Part shown: positions 16,277 to 24,846 of the stretch, one piece after another
Position numbering within the stretch: the first letter of the stretch is position 1
How the letters are laid out: the number at the start of each line of letters is the position of its first letter
Virus record (IMG/VR): IMGVR_UViG_3300032373_000082
Coordinates: 1 to 29,449 of that record
Length of the DNA stretch: 29,449 bases
Strand: one strand, 5' to 3'
Source of the DNA: a virus
Lineage: Duplodnaviria > Caudoviricetes
Program-made: the position numbers and the translations under genes
Notes under the pieces: generated by a model
Told to the model about the DNA's origin: nothing
Database searches by the model: none
The model's input: only the letters and a program-made list of their open reading frames with translations

Positions 16277-17774
16277 TATCTTTCCCTTCCTCTTCATCAT
16301 TGCTCGCAGCCTTAGCCGCCAGCTCTGATAGTGAAATGCCTTTGTCCTCTAGCATCTTTGTAAATGCCGCGATCTCATCCAGCAGATCTTCAATCTCTAT
16401 ACCCAGCTCAGAGGCGTAACGCTGCGGACTACCCAGCCCGGCGTTAATTGCCATGATGATTGCCACAATGTCATCTTTAGGGTTAACCCAATCCCAACGG
16501 CGGCCGCGCCATAAGTAATCGCTAAAGCGCTCGATAATCACTTCTTGAGAAGTATTTTTGATCGGCGGGTTGTTGTAGGCAGCCGCCACCAGGTAGCGCT
16601 CAAAAACACGATCTAGTATTGCGCTGAATGAATCCTGCTTTGTCTTGAAGTTGTCACGCTGCTCTAGCGTGCCGGTGCGGATAGATGAAAAGTTAACGTC
16701 TGCGAGGTCATCAGTTAATGCGTGATACGAGACACCCCAGCCGACCGCCAAATAACGATCATTTGTTTTCATGAATGGATCATAATTTTCATGCGGGTAT
16801 TTTGGGTCGAAGCCGATGAAAGTTTGATCGGCGCCAAGATGCCCCATGACACCCGCCTCTAGCTCTTCGTATAGTTCGCCGTCTTCGTCCTGGCCATCAG
16901 CCACTGCATGCGCGGTGCCACCCTGAATAAAGCCCATTTTTGACGCGCCACCACGTGCGGCGACGATGGCTGTTTCTTTGTACTCTTCCTGTTGATGCAG
17001 GTTTGACAGACCCGCCACCATCCAGCTGACTGCGCGCAATTGCTCTGGCTGGTCTGGCAAGAACCAGTGAACAATATCTTCTGCAGGCACAGGCTCGTAA
17101 CTAACGCGCTCATACATCAAACCCATGCGCTCACCTTTTTTCAGGTGATATTTGATTGGCTGGTTTGCCTGGTTAACTTCAATGCCCAAGCGAATACGAT
17201 TGCCGTTTGAAAGGTTCTCATTAAGCCGGTGATCTAAGCGCGCAGGATCTAGCAGCTCAATAACAAAGCCCCAAGGATTCTTCGTGGTGGGTTTTACATC
17301 GTGCAGCCTAGTGAGCACTTCACCATCGCGCGGGCCTGATCTTGCCCATAGGCGCTGGCACTCTTTAAACGAGTATTTTCCAGTGATTTCACACACGCCA
17401 CGCTTCGCCCACTTTTTGAAGTCCGAGGCGATCAACTTATTGTGCTTTTTATCTAACTTGCCGTTTTTGAGCTTGCCCTGCACTTGTAGCGTGAAGCCAT
17501 TTGGCCCAACGATGTGATTCTCACACAGCGCCAGGAAACGACGCGCCAAGCAGCTGTTTTGCTCTTCACCACGCGCACGACTGCGGATGGTGTGAAGACT
17601 AGAGCGCAGCTCATTGTTAATGTCGCCACCTTGAGCTAGCCAACCTTCATTCAGACGGTCATTCAGGGCCGCTTTATAGATGCGCTTTAAAGAGAAACGA
17701 CGATAACGCCGACGCAAAGGCTTTTGCTCGACGGCTATTTCTTGTTCACGATTTTTCTTAAAGGGCCACGCCAT
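16227..17774 (-). CDS. Portal protein, lambda family
   Basis: RSRAR, DGEV, I..GIE, Q.R.V, LT.DL..VNFSSIR.G and W.WV.P.D motifs. Confidence 0.95.
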   Translation of the reverse strand: MAWPFKKNREQEIAVEQKPLRRRYRRFSLKRIYKAALNDRLNEGWLAQGGDINNELRSSLHTIRSRARGEEQNSCLARRFLALCENHIVGPNGFTLQVQGKLKNGKLDKKHNKLIASDFKKWAKRGVCEITGKYSFKECQRLWARSGPRDGEVLTRLHDVKPTTKNPWGFVIELLDPARLDHRLNENLSNGNRIRLGIEVNQANQPIKYHLKKGERMGLMYERVSYEPVPAEDIVHWFLPDQPEQLRAVSWMVAGLSNLHQQEEYKETAIVAARGGASKMGFIQGGTAHAVADGQDEDGELYEELEAGVMGHLGADQTFIGFDPKYPHENYDPFMKTNDRYLAVGWGVSYHALTDDLADVNFSSIRTGTLEQRDNFKTKQDSFSAILDRVFERYLVAAAYNNPPIKNTSQEVIIERFSDYLWRGRRWDWVNPKDDIVAIIMAINAGLGSPQRYASELGIEIEDLLDEIAAFTKMLEDKGISLSELAAKAASNDEEEGKDNGDGNGKDKEETKQAA

Positions 17775-17780
17775 GCACTG

Positions 17781-17811
17781 ATGATGGCGCAGGTAAATGT
17801 CACTTTAGTGG
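17781..17811 (-). promoter_or_regulatory. Putative late promoter CCACTAAAGTGACA-N11-CATCAT
   Basis: Motif repeated at 20801-20814; the -10-like box ends 6 nt before the SD-less portal ATG. Confidence 0.55.
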
Positions 17812-17851
17812 ATGCCGAGCCATTAAATGTTAACTATTTTAATACGCGCCT

Positions 17852-18139
17852 TTAGCCCTTGAATGCCACAATTAAAACATCAATCGAGAAGGTTTCAGAC
17901 CTACCGCCTACCGTGGTAATCGTGTTAGCGAGGCGGTAGGTTCTATGCAGCGTGCCGCCGGATACAAATATAACGGTTGATGTTGTATCGTTTGAAACTG
18001 AGACCTGCGTTATGCCAGCAGGCACCGCCCATGTTGATGACTGGATAGTGTCGCCATTAAGCCACTTAATGTAAGACCTACCGAAATCCAATATGGCGGT
18101 GGGCGTTTTGTATCGAACCGGAATGGCGTCAATGATCAT
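17852..18139 (-). CDS. Fibre adaptor-like protein (small Ig-like fold)
   Basis: LD...WL.GDTI.SSTW, V.VSGGT...Y...N.ITT..GR pattern seen in phage fibre-tail adaptor proteins. Confidence 0.7.
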   Translation of the reverse strand: MIIDAIPVRYKTPTAILDFGRSYIKWLNGDTIQSSTWAVPAGITQVSVSNDTTSTVIFVSGGTLHRTYRLANTITTVGGRSETFSIDVLIVAFKG

Positions 18140-18173
18140 ACTGCTATTATCCTTTTTTCATCCGCAATTGAGA

Positions 18174-19499
18174 TCATGCGGCAATCACCCGGCAATCACG
18201 CGAGGTTTCGATTAAGCGGTTATCGATGCCGGTACGCACTAAACGAATCAGCGGCGGCAGTCGATAATCGCCGCCCAGGGCAAACATACCCGCGCTTGCG
18301 GCCTCACTAATGGTTTTGCCGTCCATTTGCACGCGGAATGTAACGGTGCCATCTGTAAACGATTCCGCACTGGTGTTAGCTGCAAGGCCCATGCTGATAT
18401 TTAATGCACCAACCACTTTGGTGACTGACACGGTGCCGCCCGTCAGCGGTTGAATGCTTGCCAGGTTACTGCTGGCGCTGCTTGATGAAAGCGTTGCGCC
18501 GGTCATCGGTACGTTTGCTGTGACGGCTGCATCTGCACTTGATGACGACGAGAGCGAACCGGACAAGTTGCCGCTTTCATCGGTTGCGAATGTGCCGCTG
18601 CTCACAGCCTCTGCGATTGTGTTGCCGTCCATGCTCATGCCAATCGTTAGATTACCGGTATTAATGGCCTCCTGAATGATTGCGCCGGTCATCTCCATAC
18701 CCGCAGCAAGTGCGGCGGTGGTGATCGCTTCGCTGATCGTTGAGCCCGCAAAACTCATAGTGGCAGACATTGCGCCGCCCGCCGTTGAAATGCTCGCAGT
18801 GTTGCCCGCTACCGGCACGCTGGTGGTGACAGTGCCGTTGGCTGTACTGATTGAGACAGTTGCGCCGGTTAGCGGGGCAGTTGCGCCATTCTCAGTATAT
18901 GTGACAAGCAAAGCAGGGCGCTGCCCATCTGTGCCTGACGACTCCTCATATACTCTGTATGTTGCGTCTTGCCCAACACCATCACGCTCTGTGTGCCAGC
19001 CATTATTAGCAAACGTGCCATCTGCCATACCCTCAATATCAGCAGCTAATTGTGCAGAGCTGAAACTTTGCCACCCTACAATAGCAGGACTAATCATGCT
19101 GCCCGTTATCGTCGATGATATGTCAGTGCCGACATCTAAAGCGCCTGGAGTCGTCCAGCCGATAACGCCGTCAATTGTATTCCAGGTAACAGCAACCTCC
19201 GACCAAGGTCGCAACACTTTCCTAAAATTCTGAGTGTGGTCAGCGCCACCGCCGGGGTGGTAAAGCAGGTATAAATGATAAGATGCACTACTCACTGTTA
19301 GCGAGCCAGGCAGCAAAGAGATCTCGGCCGCGCGTGACAAAAAATGCCTCGTGTCACCCAGGCCATACTTGGAGCTTTCTAATCCAACACCATCATAATT
19401 GGTTGTTGGGTCATTGGAAAATATCTGACAATCCTGCATGCCAGCATAATCACCAATGTATGCTCCAACAGTATTGCCAGAAAAAACGACATCAACCAC
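18174..19499 (-). CDS. Accessory fibre protein: N-terminal DNRLRE/CBM96-like domain plus ten 20-aa repeats
   Basis: D..I....PTTNY, V.SA...LY, W.E..VTWN..W..PG, NNGW and RP.L.VTY motifs; periodic Ser/Thr/Ala/Gly stalk. Confidence 0.8.
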   Translation of the reverse strand: MVDVVFSGNTVGAYIGDYAGMQDCQIFSNDPTTNYDGVGLESSKYGLGDTRHFLSRAAEISLLPGSLTVSSASYHLYLLYHPGGGADHTQNFRKVLRPWSEVAVTWNTIDGVIGWTTPGALDVGTDISSTITGSMISPAIVGWQSFSSAQLAADIEGMADGTFANNGWHTERDGVGQDATYRVYEESSGTDGQRPALLVTYTENGATAPLTGATVSISTANGTVTTSVPVAGNTASISTAGGAMSATMSFAGSTISEAITTAALAAGMEMTGAIIQEAINTGNLTIGMSMDGNTIAEAVSSGTFATDESGNLSGSLSSSSSADAAVTANVPMTGATLSSSSASSNLASIQPLTGGTVSVTKVVGALNISMGLAANTSAESFTDGTVTFRVQMDGKTISEAASAGMFALGGDYRLPPLIRLVRTGIDNRLIETSRDCRVIAA

Positions 19500-19502
19500 G
19501 GT

Positions 19503-20021
19503 CTATCGCCACCTTTGCACGTAGCCATCCGAATCTTTAGTCAGCATCGTGTCAATGTCATCGACATTATCTAATACATAGTCGGCAACCCGATCAAGTG
19601 ACCACCCACCTTCAAGGAACCCATCTATGCAAGCGTTTGCGACGGCAATCAGCGAGTCAAGGTGATTCATAATCTGCGCGCGAGTGATAAGACCACCCTG
19701 GTAATTAGCAAGTGCGCTATCAACAAACGCGATAGCAGCGGCCCTACTGCCGAATCTTTTTATCAGTCGCGTCGAGATCCGTCTCTGCAGCTCATATTTA
19801 ACCAGGATCGGGAGCTGAACATTTCGACGCAGTACAGATAAAGCCGTCTCTCTCAGGCTATCCGCTTTAGCTTGATTACCACCAGACTCTGCGGTTATTG
19901 CAAGTGACTCCAGGCGCTTGTATTCGATAGCGCCGGCCGTCATTGCCTGCTGAGCATGCATTAAGTCGCCGTTCAGCAGCTCGCGCGCAAAACGATTTCT
20001 ATGAACATCTGAAACAGCCAC
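19503..20021 (-). CDS. Hypothetical helical protein in the fibre cassette
   Basis: GGGGA SD 7 nt before GTG 20021 (MAVSDVHRNRF...). Confidence 0.7.
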   Translation of the reverse strand: MAVSDVHRNRFARELLNGDLMHAQQAMTAGAIEYKRLESLAITAESGGNQAKADSLRETALSVLRRNVQLPILVKYELQRRISTRLIKRFGSRAAAIAFVDSALANYQGGLITRAQIMNHLDSLIAVANACIDGFLEGGWSLDRVADYVLDNVDDIDTMLTKDSDGYVQRWR

Positions 20022-20076
20022 TAGCAGATCCCCATGTGAATAATAACGATTAACGATCTTAAAGCGTGTAAATTCA

Positions 20077-20745
20077 TTACTGATCGACTGTAATCGATAA
20101 GCCGCCTGGCCCGAATCTGTTACCGGTTGAACCAAGACCAATCTGGATCGGGCCTGCGCTTAATGTGTTGCGCTCGCACAAGTTACCCCCCACCGCTTCA
20201 TCGAACCAACCAAACATAAATATAAAGCCCGTTGTGTAAGCTTCTGTTGGCGCATCGGGAAAGGTGACATCGACGTTATTTTCAATCGTGGCATCAGTGC
20301 CGCTGCTTACCGTTGTGCTGCCAGCGCCTTGCGTGCCGGAAAAGTTTGTCAAGTTACAGGCGACGGGAACACGCGCATAATCAGCGCCAGCGGGTTCGAT
20401 GAAAGCCGTACCGTTTTCGATGTTGGTGTATTGCTCTGTTAAGGTTGCAGCGCCATCAACAATCACCTCATCATTAACGCCAGGGTACGACGGTTGCGCT
20501 ACTGCAAGCGCACCGGCACCGGCGGTTACCTGGTAAAGCTTCCAACCCTGCGCAGTATTAACCGCCACGGTGTCATTAAGCGCGACGACCAAACTGTTTT
20601 CGCGGCGATGATCAACAACACCTAGTGCGTAATGAATATTGATAGGCGCTGATACTGATATGGTTTTACCGCCGTCCATCGTGATTGGTTGGCCGCGCTT
20701 TAATAGGTCTGCTACTCTATTTTCCCAGTAATTGGTCATGCTCAT
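20077..20745 (-). CDS. Fibre subunit (MS.TNY.EN / YARV / N...TFP / FD...GGN family) with an inserted domain
   Basis: Recognisable pattern of a widespread small phage fibre protein; GAGGG SD. Confidence 0.75.
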   Translation of the reverse strand: MSMTNYWENRVADLLKRGQPITMDGGKTISVSAPINIHYALGVVDHRRENSLVVALNDTVAVNTAQGWKLYQVTAGAGALAVAQPSYPGVNDEVIVDGAATLTEQYTNIENGTAFIEPAGADYARVPVACNLTNFSGTQGAGSTTVSSGTDATIENNVDVTFPDAPTEAYTTGFIFMFGWFDEAVGGNLCERNTLSAGPIQIGLGSTGNRFGPGGLSITVDQ

Positions 20746-20800
20746 TGTCTAACCCTCTTCGCGCTCGTTAGTTACAAACGCTATTAATAATCTATAACAG

Positions 20801-20814
20801 TGTCACTTTTATGG
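20801..20814 (-). promoter_or_regulatory. Second copy of the putative late promoter motif, CCATAAAAGTGACA
   Basis: 12/14 identical to 17798-17811; followed by an AT-rich -10 region. Confidence 0.55.
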
Positions 20815-20817
20815 GCG

Positions 20818-21102
20818 TTAGCGAAAATTTCGCCAGGTATCACCACGCTCGATACTAGTGATTGTTTTCACGTTAACCTTTTCCTGCTTGGCTATATCCG
20901 CTTTCGGAACGCGACCCAGCGTCGCGCGTATTCTTTTCACCCGGCAACCATTAAGTTTCGCGTTTGATTTTGGCGCGCGCACACGGTGGCGCTTCATCGC
21001 CCTGAAGAACGTTCGGCTGGTAACACCCGCGCCGCTTGCTGCTCGATTTCGATTAAGTCCGCATTCAGCGAGGTGCATTAATACATCGCATTTATCCAGC
21101 AT
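20818..21102 (-). CDS. Double helix-turn-helix protein, candidate late regulator
   Basis: Fis-like HTH (NRNRAASGAGVTSRTFFRAMKRH) plus a second HTH (KADIAKQEKVNVKTITSIERG.TW). Confidence 0.75.
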   Translation of the reverse strand: MLDKCDVLMHLAECGLNRNRAASGAGVTSRTFFRAMKRHRVRAPKSNAKLNGCRVKRIRATLGRVPKADIAKQEKVNVKTITSIERGDTWRNFR

Positions 21103-21104
21103 GA

Positions 21105-21656
21105 TTAGGATCTCCCTTTAAAGCGCGATCTGATTTTGTTGTGCCGTTTCTTGCCAAACTTTAAATCACTCACCGCTTCTTCAGCATCAACCAGGCGCTG
21201 ATAGTATTGCTGCTGCTTGATTAGCTCACCTTCACCAAACTCAATGGCGCGATCTGCGAAAGCACCTTTAATCAGGTCTAGCTCATCGTTTGTGGCACGC
21301 TCCATAATGGCGGCGTTGATTAGATCGAGCATTTTTCTTGCGGTGCTGCGGCCGTCATACGGGCCAGTTGTTGGATCTGGCTTTACCAGCAGCGGCCCTG
21401 TATTGATCGATTGGCGACTGCCGTCCGCATGTGTGACATAGCGCGCCCAGTCATACCGACCTGCTGCCCAGGACGCCGTGACGGCTGTATCGAGATTAAA
21501 CTGGTGGTCGTCACCGTTGGCTGCTGACTGAAATCCATAATGCTCAGTAGCGTTAAATAACGCGTAATGCAGCACCCAGCCTTGCGACGCGGGATATTTT
21601 GATAGTGATTCACGCCACTCGTTGCTGTCTCCAGCGGTAATGGTTCCAGGTATCAT
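21105..21656 (-). CDS. Head completion / adaptor protein (gpW-like C-terminus, beta-rich N-terminus)
   Basis: Directly after terL; helical hairpin A.KMLD.I.AAI...ELI....YY. Confidence 0.75.
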   Translation of the reverse strand: MIPGTITAGDSNEWRESLSKYPASQGWVLHYALFNATEHYGFQSAANGDDHQFNLDTAVTASWAAGRYDWARYVTHADGSRQSINTGPLLVKPDPTTGPYDGRSTARKMLDLINAAIMERATNDELDLIKGAFADRAIEFGEGELIKQQQYYQRLVDAEEAVSDLKFGKKRHNKIRSRFKGRS

Positions 21657-23680
21657 GCTTGCCTCCTTTTGCTTAGCCAGCTTTTAGGTTTTTTTCTGCG
21701 AGCTGTTCGGGTGGGTGTTTTTTCTAGCCGCACTTCTTGAGCAGGCGCGGCCGGTTGAGCTTCATCATTGCTTGCTGCTTTAGGTTGCCGGTGCTCATCT
21801 GTTACTGCTGATGCACTAGCAAACATATCTTTTATGCGCGGTTGAATTACTTCCTCAATCTTTTGCCAGTCACGTTCGCGCAACTGGTTAATTCGCACTG
21901 AAGGATGGTTGGCTGCAGCGAAGGCGTAGACCACGCAGTCAAGCGCTTCGTTTCTTTTGTGGCGCGATTTGATCCAGCGATGCGTTTCGGTGCAGTAACG
22001 CTCTGCCGTTAACTGCTGGTAAAAATCATCAGGCAGGTCTTTGGGGAAATTGCAGATCAAGCAATATTCGCTATCGTTGGCGGCCTCTGCAACCGTTTTG
22101 GCATCATGATATAGCTTGCCAAAGATTGAACCTTTGGCGGTGTCGGTGCCGACATACCAGAGTTCTGCGCCGCCTTTGAGTACGCCACCACCCAGCTTGA
22201 TATCAACCTTGCTTGGACGGCCCGCGATGATTGGTTTGTTGGGATATTTAGAACCCTTGATACCAATAACGCGGCGATGCTGGCGTGTGCGGGTGTAGTT
22301 GTAGGCCATCTGCGTGTGATGCCCACCGGTATCGACTGCGATAACAAGCGGCGACATCGTGACGCCGTAGCGATTCACGAATTCCACATCAAGCACTTTT
22401 CTATCAAGCTTTTTCCATTCCGCATCCAGCGCGGGATCGAACGGCTCTTCAAACCAGTCGACCACCCAGATGCGATTGTCACGGCCCCAGCCGATGATCA
22501 CTACCGCGAAACGGTCGTCTTGAATATCGACGCCAGCCGTTAACATCAAACAGCCTTCAGGTATCACGCGGCTGATGTGTTTGCCTGCGCGGTCGCGCAC
22601 TTCCTTCCAGTCAACCTTGCCGCTTTCGTCTTCATAGACTTCGGCCATGATTGTGTTGACGTGTACTTTCCAGCGCTCTGGCTTGTCTTTTGTTTTGGCG
22701 CGATCTTCAGAGATCTCTTTCCATGTGTAACCGAGGCCAACAGGCGTATAGTATGACGGCAACATAAAGCCCGGCACTTTATGCCCAGGGTTGTGCGCGC
22801 GCCATTCTGCGTTTTCTAGCATCGCATCTTTATGCTTTTCTTCGATGAGGCTGCCGCAATCAGGGCACATAAATTGGCCGTCATCAGTTAAGTTTTCGTT
22901 ACGTAGAATATGCATATGATCGCAGTGCGGGCACGGCACGTATCGGTGGCGCTGATCTGAATTAGTGAATTCATCATCAACGACAGACTCATCTTTTACA
23001 GTAGGCGAACTAGCTATCAAATGCTTGCGGCGACGGTATGACGCAAGGCGACGGTCAACAATATCTAGCCCATGACCTTCGTTATCAACATCATCAAGCC
23101 AACGATCAACCTCATCACTAAAGGCTTTTTTAACTGGCGTCGATGAAAGAGATGCTGCAGCAGCTGCGCTACCGATAACCAAAAAACCACCCGTGAATTC
23201 TTTCATGGTGGCGGTGTTGCCGCCGTCTTTTGAGCGCGGCGGCGTTACGCGCTGGCTTAATTCAGGTGACAGCCTAACCATCGGGTTAAATCGCTGACGC
23301 ACCCAGCGCTGCCCCATACCGAAATCGGGATACGTTACGATGATCGGCCCCGGATCTTGATGGATGCTAGCGCCTAAGAAGTTAAGGCCAATTTCAGTTT
23401 TACCAGACTGCGTGCCAAACTTAAGCACAACGCGCTGGCATGGATGCGAGGCGTCCAGACACTGCATTGGTTCAAGTAGATTCGGATTACGCGACGTGTG
23501 CCAGTCGCCATGCTCTGCCGATGATTCGCGCGGTAGCTTGCGATAGCTATCCGCCCACTTGTCGATCGGCATCGGCGGAATGACAGCCCAACCATCAGAC
23601 AGACCGCGCGCGTACGTAAGCCGACCATGAACAAGCGGTATTGCCTGTTCGCCGATCCGTACATCAACAGCCGCGCTCAT
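21653..23680 (-). CDS. terL: Terminase large subunit, lambda GpA family
   Basis: Walker A QSGKTE, Walker B DEVD, CPHC/CPDC, GVDIQ, DTGG and NEALDC motifs. Confidence 0.97.
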   Translation of the reverse strand: MSAAVDVRIGEQAIPLVHGRLTYARGLSDGWAVIPPMPIDKWADSYRKLPRESSAEHGDWHTSRNPNLLEPMQCLDASHPCQRVVLKFGTQSGKTEIGLNFLGASIHQDPGPIIVTYPDFGMGQRWVRQRFNPMVRLSPELSQRVTPPRSKDGGNTATMKEFTGGFLVIGSAAAAASLSSTPVKKAFSDEVDRWLDDVDNEGHGLDIVDRRLASYRRRKHLIASSPTVKDESVVDDEFTNSDQRHRYVPCPHCDHMHILRNENLTDDGQFMCPDCGSLIEEKHKDAMLENAEWRAHNPGHKVPGFMLPSYYTPVGLGYTWKEISEDRAKTKDKPERWKVHVNTIMAEVYEDESGKVDWKEVRDRAGKHISRVIPEGCLMLTAGVDIQDDRFAVVIIGWGRDNRIWVVDWFEEPFDPALDAEWKKLDRKVLDVEFVNRYGVTMSPLVIAVDTGGHHTQMAYNYTRTRQHRRVIGIKGSKYPNKPIIAGRPSKVDIKLGGGVLKGGAELWYVGTDTAKGSIFGKLYHDAKTVAEAANDSEYCLICNFPKDLPDDFYQQLTAERYCTETHRWIKSRHKRNEALDCVVYAFAAANHPSVRINQLRERDWQKIEEVIQPRIKDMFASASAVTDEHRQPKAASNDEAQPAAPAQEVRLEKTPTRTARRKKPKSWLSKRRQA

Positions 23681-24177
23681 TGCTGCAGCCCTTTGGCGTA
23701 TTCAGATAATTGATTGCAGACAAGAATTAACTCCGCCGTTAGCAGGTCCTCTATTTTGTTCGGGTCAGTTTCTAATGCCAGCTTATTGCAGATGCGAGCC
23801 GGGATAGACAGCAGCGCTTCCTGAGAAGCACGACCTGTTTCAAACGCAGCGCGGTAGACGCTATCCATATCACCGAGGCGACCGGCGTCTTTTTCTAATC
23901 GCAAATACATTCGAGCGTTTTTTATTTGCTCACCACGCAGCTTTTCATCTGCCAACTTACTCGATTTCGGCGAAGCCTTTTTAGGGGAGGAAGACCGATC
24001 ACCGCCGCGAGAATCCAGAACAGAGGCAAGGAGATTGTCGGATTGCACGACATCAACCTTGCTGTCTTCAGTCATCACTAGTTTGTTTTCTTTTTTGTAC
24101 TGGCTAACAGTTGAACGACTCACGCCGCGATGATCTGCATATTCAGATTGCGAAATATATCGCTTGTTGTCACTCAC
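23677..24177 (-). CDS. terS: Terminase small subunit (Nu1-like, N-terminal wHTH)
   Basis: SQSEYA.HRGVSR.TVS HTH plus coiled coil; AGGTG SD before GTG 24177. Confidence 0.9.
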   Translation of the reverse strand: MSDNKRYISQSEYADHRGVSRSTVSQYKKENKLVMTEDSKVDVVQSDNLLASVLDSRGGDRSSSPKKASPKSSKLADEKLRGEQIKNARMYLRLEKDAGRLGDMDSVYRAAFETGRASQEALLSIPARICNKLALETDPNKIEDLLTAELILVCNQLSEYAKGLQQ

Positions 24178-24223
24178 TGTATGGCACCTGTAAGGCAAAG
24201 ATTTTTGCCACTAACTAGCCAAG

Positions 24224-24269
24224 CCACGCGGGTATGCGCCCTCGCATGGAAATACCCTGGGAAGAACCT
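24224..24269 (-). other. cos site (cosQ-like AGGTTCT and cosN with 12-nt core AGGGCGCATACC)
   Basis: Layout parallels lambda GGGTCCT...ACG/GGGCGGCGACCT/CGCG; 6/7 dyad flanks the core; just upstream of terS. Confidence 0.7.
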
Positions 24270-24285
24270 AGATCGTGATGGGCGG

Positions 24286-24657
24286 CTAGGCATGGGCACC
24301 TACCTGGTAATGATCGTTGCACGCCTGCTCTGCTGCAGAGATTGCATCATCAGTGCTGGCAAACTCATGAGCCGGAAACGAACCAATCGTCACACTTGCA
24401 CGGCCACCGTGACCAGTAGCAGGCGGCACTCGCTCACCAATCGCATACGTCACCCGATACTTCAAACCCGCGTGACTCTGAACGCCACATTCTTTGACTA
24501 TCTTTTCCTCTGGAGCATATGCCAGGTAGCACCAGTCACCACCGCAACGAACCACACGAATCAGATAACCCTCACCACTCTCTTTCGTGTAGCTGCTGGT
24601 CTTGATAAACACCAAACCCTGTGACGGCTGTGACACCCTTGGATCTAAGGCCGTCAC
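24286..24657 (-). CDS. Hypothetical protein
   Basis: AAGGAG SD 8 nt before the GTG. Confidence 0.7.
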   Translation of the reverse strand: MTALDPRVSQPSQGLVFIKTSSYTKESGEGYLIRVVRCGGDWCYLAYAPEEKIVKECGVQSHAGLKYRVTYAIGERVPPATGHGGRASVTIGSFPAHEFASTDDAISAAEQACNDHYQVGAHA

Positions 24658-24846
24658 AACTCTAACTCCTTGATACTGCTTAACTGTGTCAGTGTGACAT
24701 CTGTGACAGGTATATAAGCCCCTGCGTGCGCGTGTGCGCGTGCGCCCCTATGTGTAGGTGTCACGGGCGTCACGGTGTCACATGCCCCGGCTGGCGTGGC
24801 CTGTAGCGCGTGACGCCTGTTTTTTGAGGGTGTCACAGCCGTCACA
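24620..24846. repeat. Putative replication origin: convergent GTGAC(A/G) iterons bounded by a perfect 20-bp inverted repeat
   Basis: TGTGACGGCTGTGACACCCT (24620-24639) and its exact reverse complement (24827-24846); internal copies; directly after the helicase gene. Confidence 0.75.

Noticed and set aside
18454-19233. Plus-strand ORFs opposite the fibre gene
   Set aside because: Shadows of the low-complexity repeats
24654-24845. 63-aa ORF across the origin
   Set aside because: The VT/AH-rich sequence simply translates the iterons; overlaps at both ends mean translation cannot be fully excluded
24620-24846. CRISPR array or MITE
   Set aside because: Repeats are short, convergent and lack unique spacers; no target duplication seen; position after the helicase fits an origin
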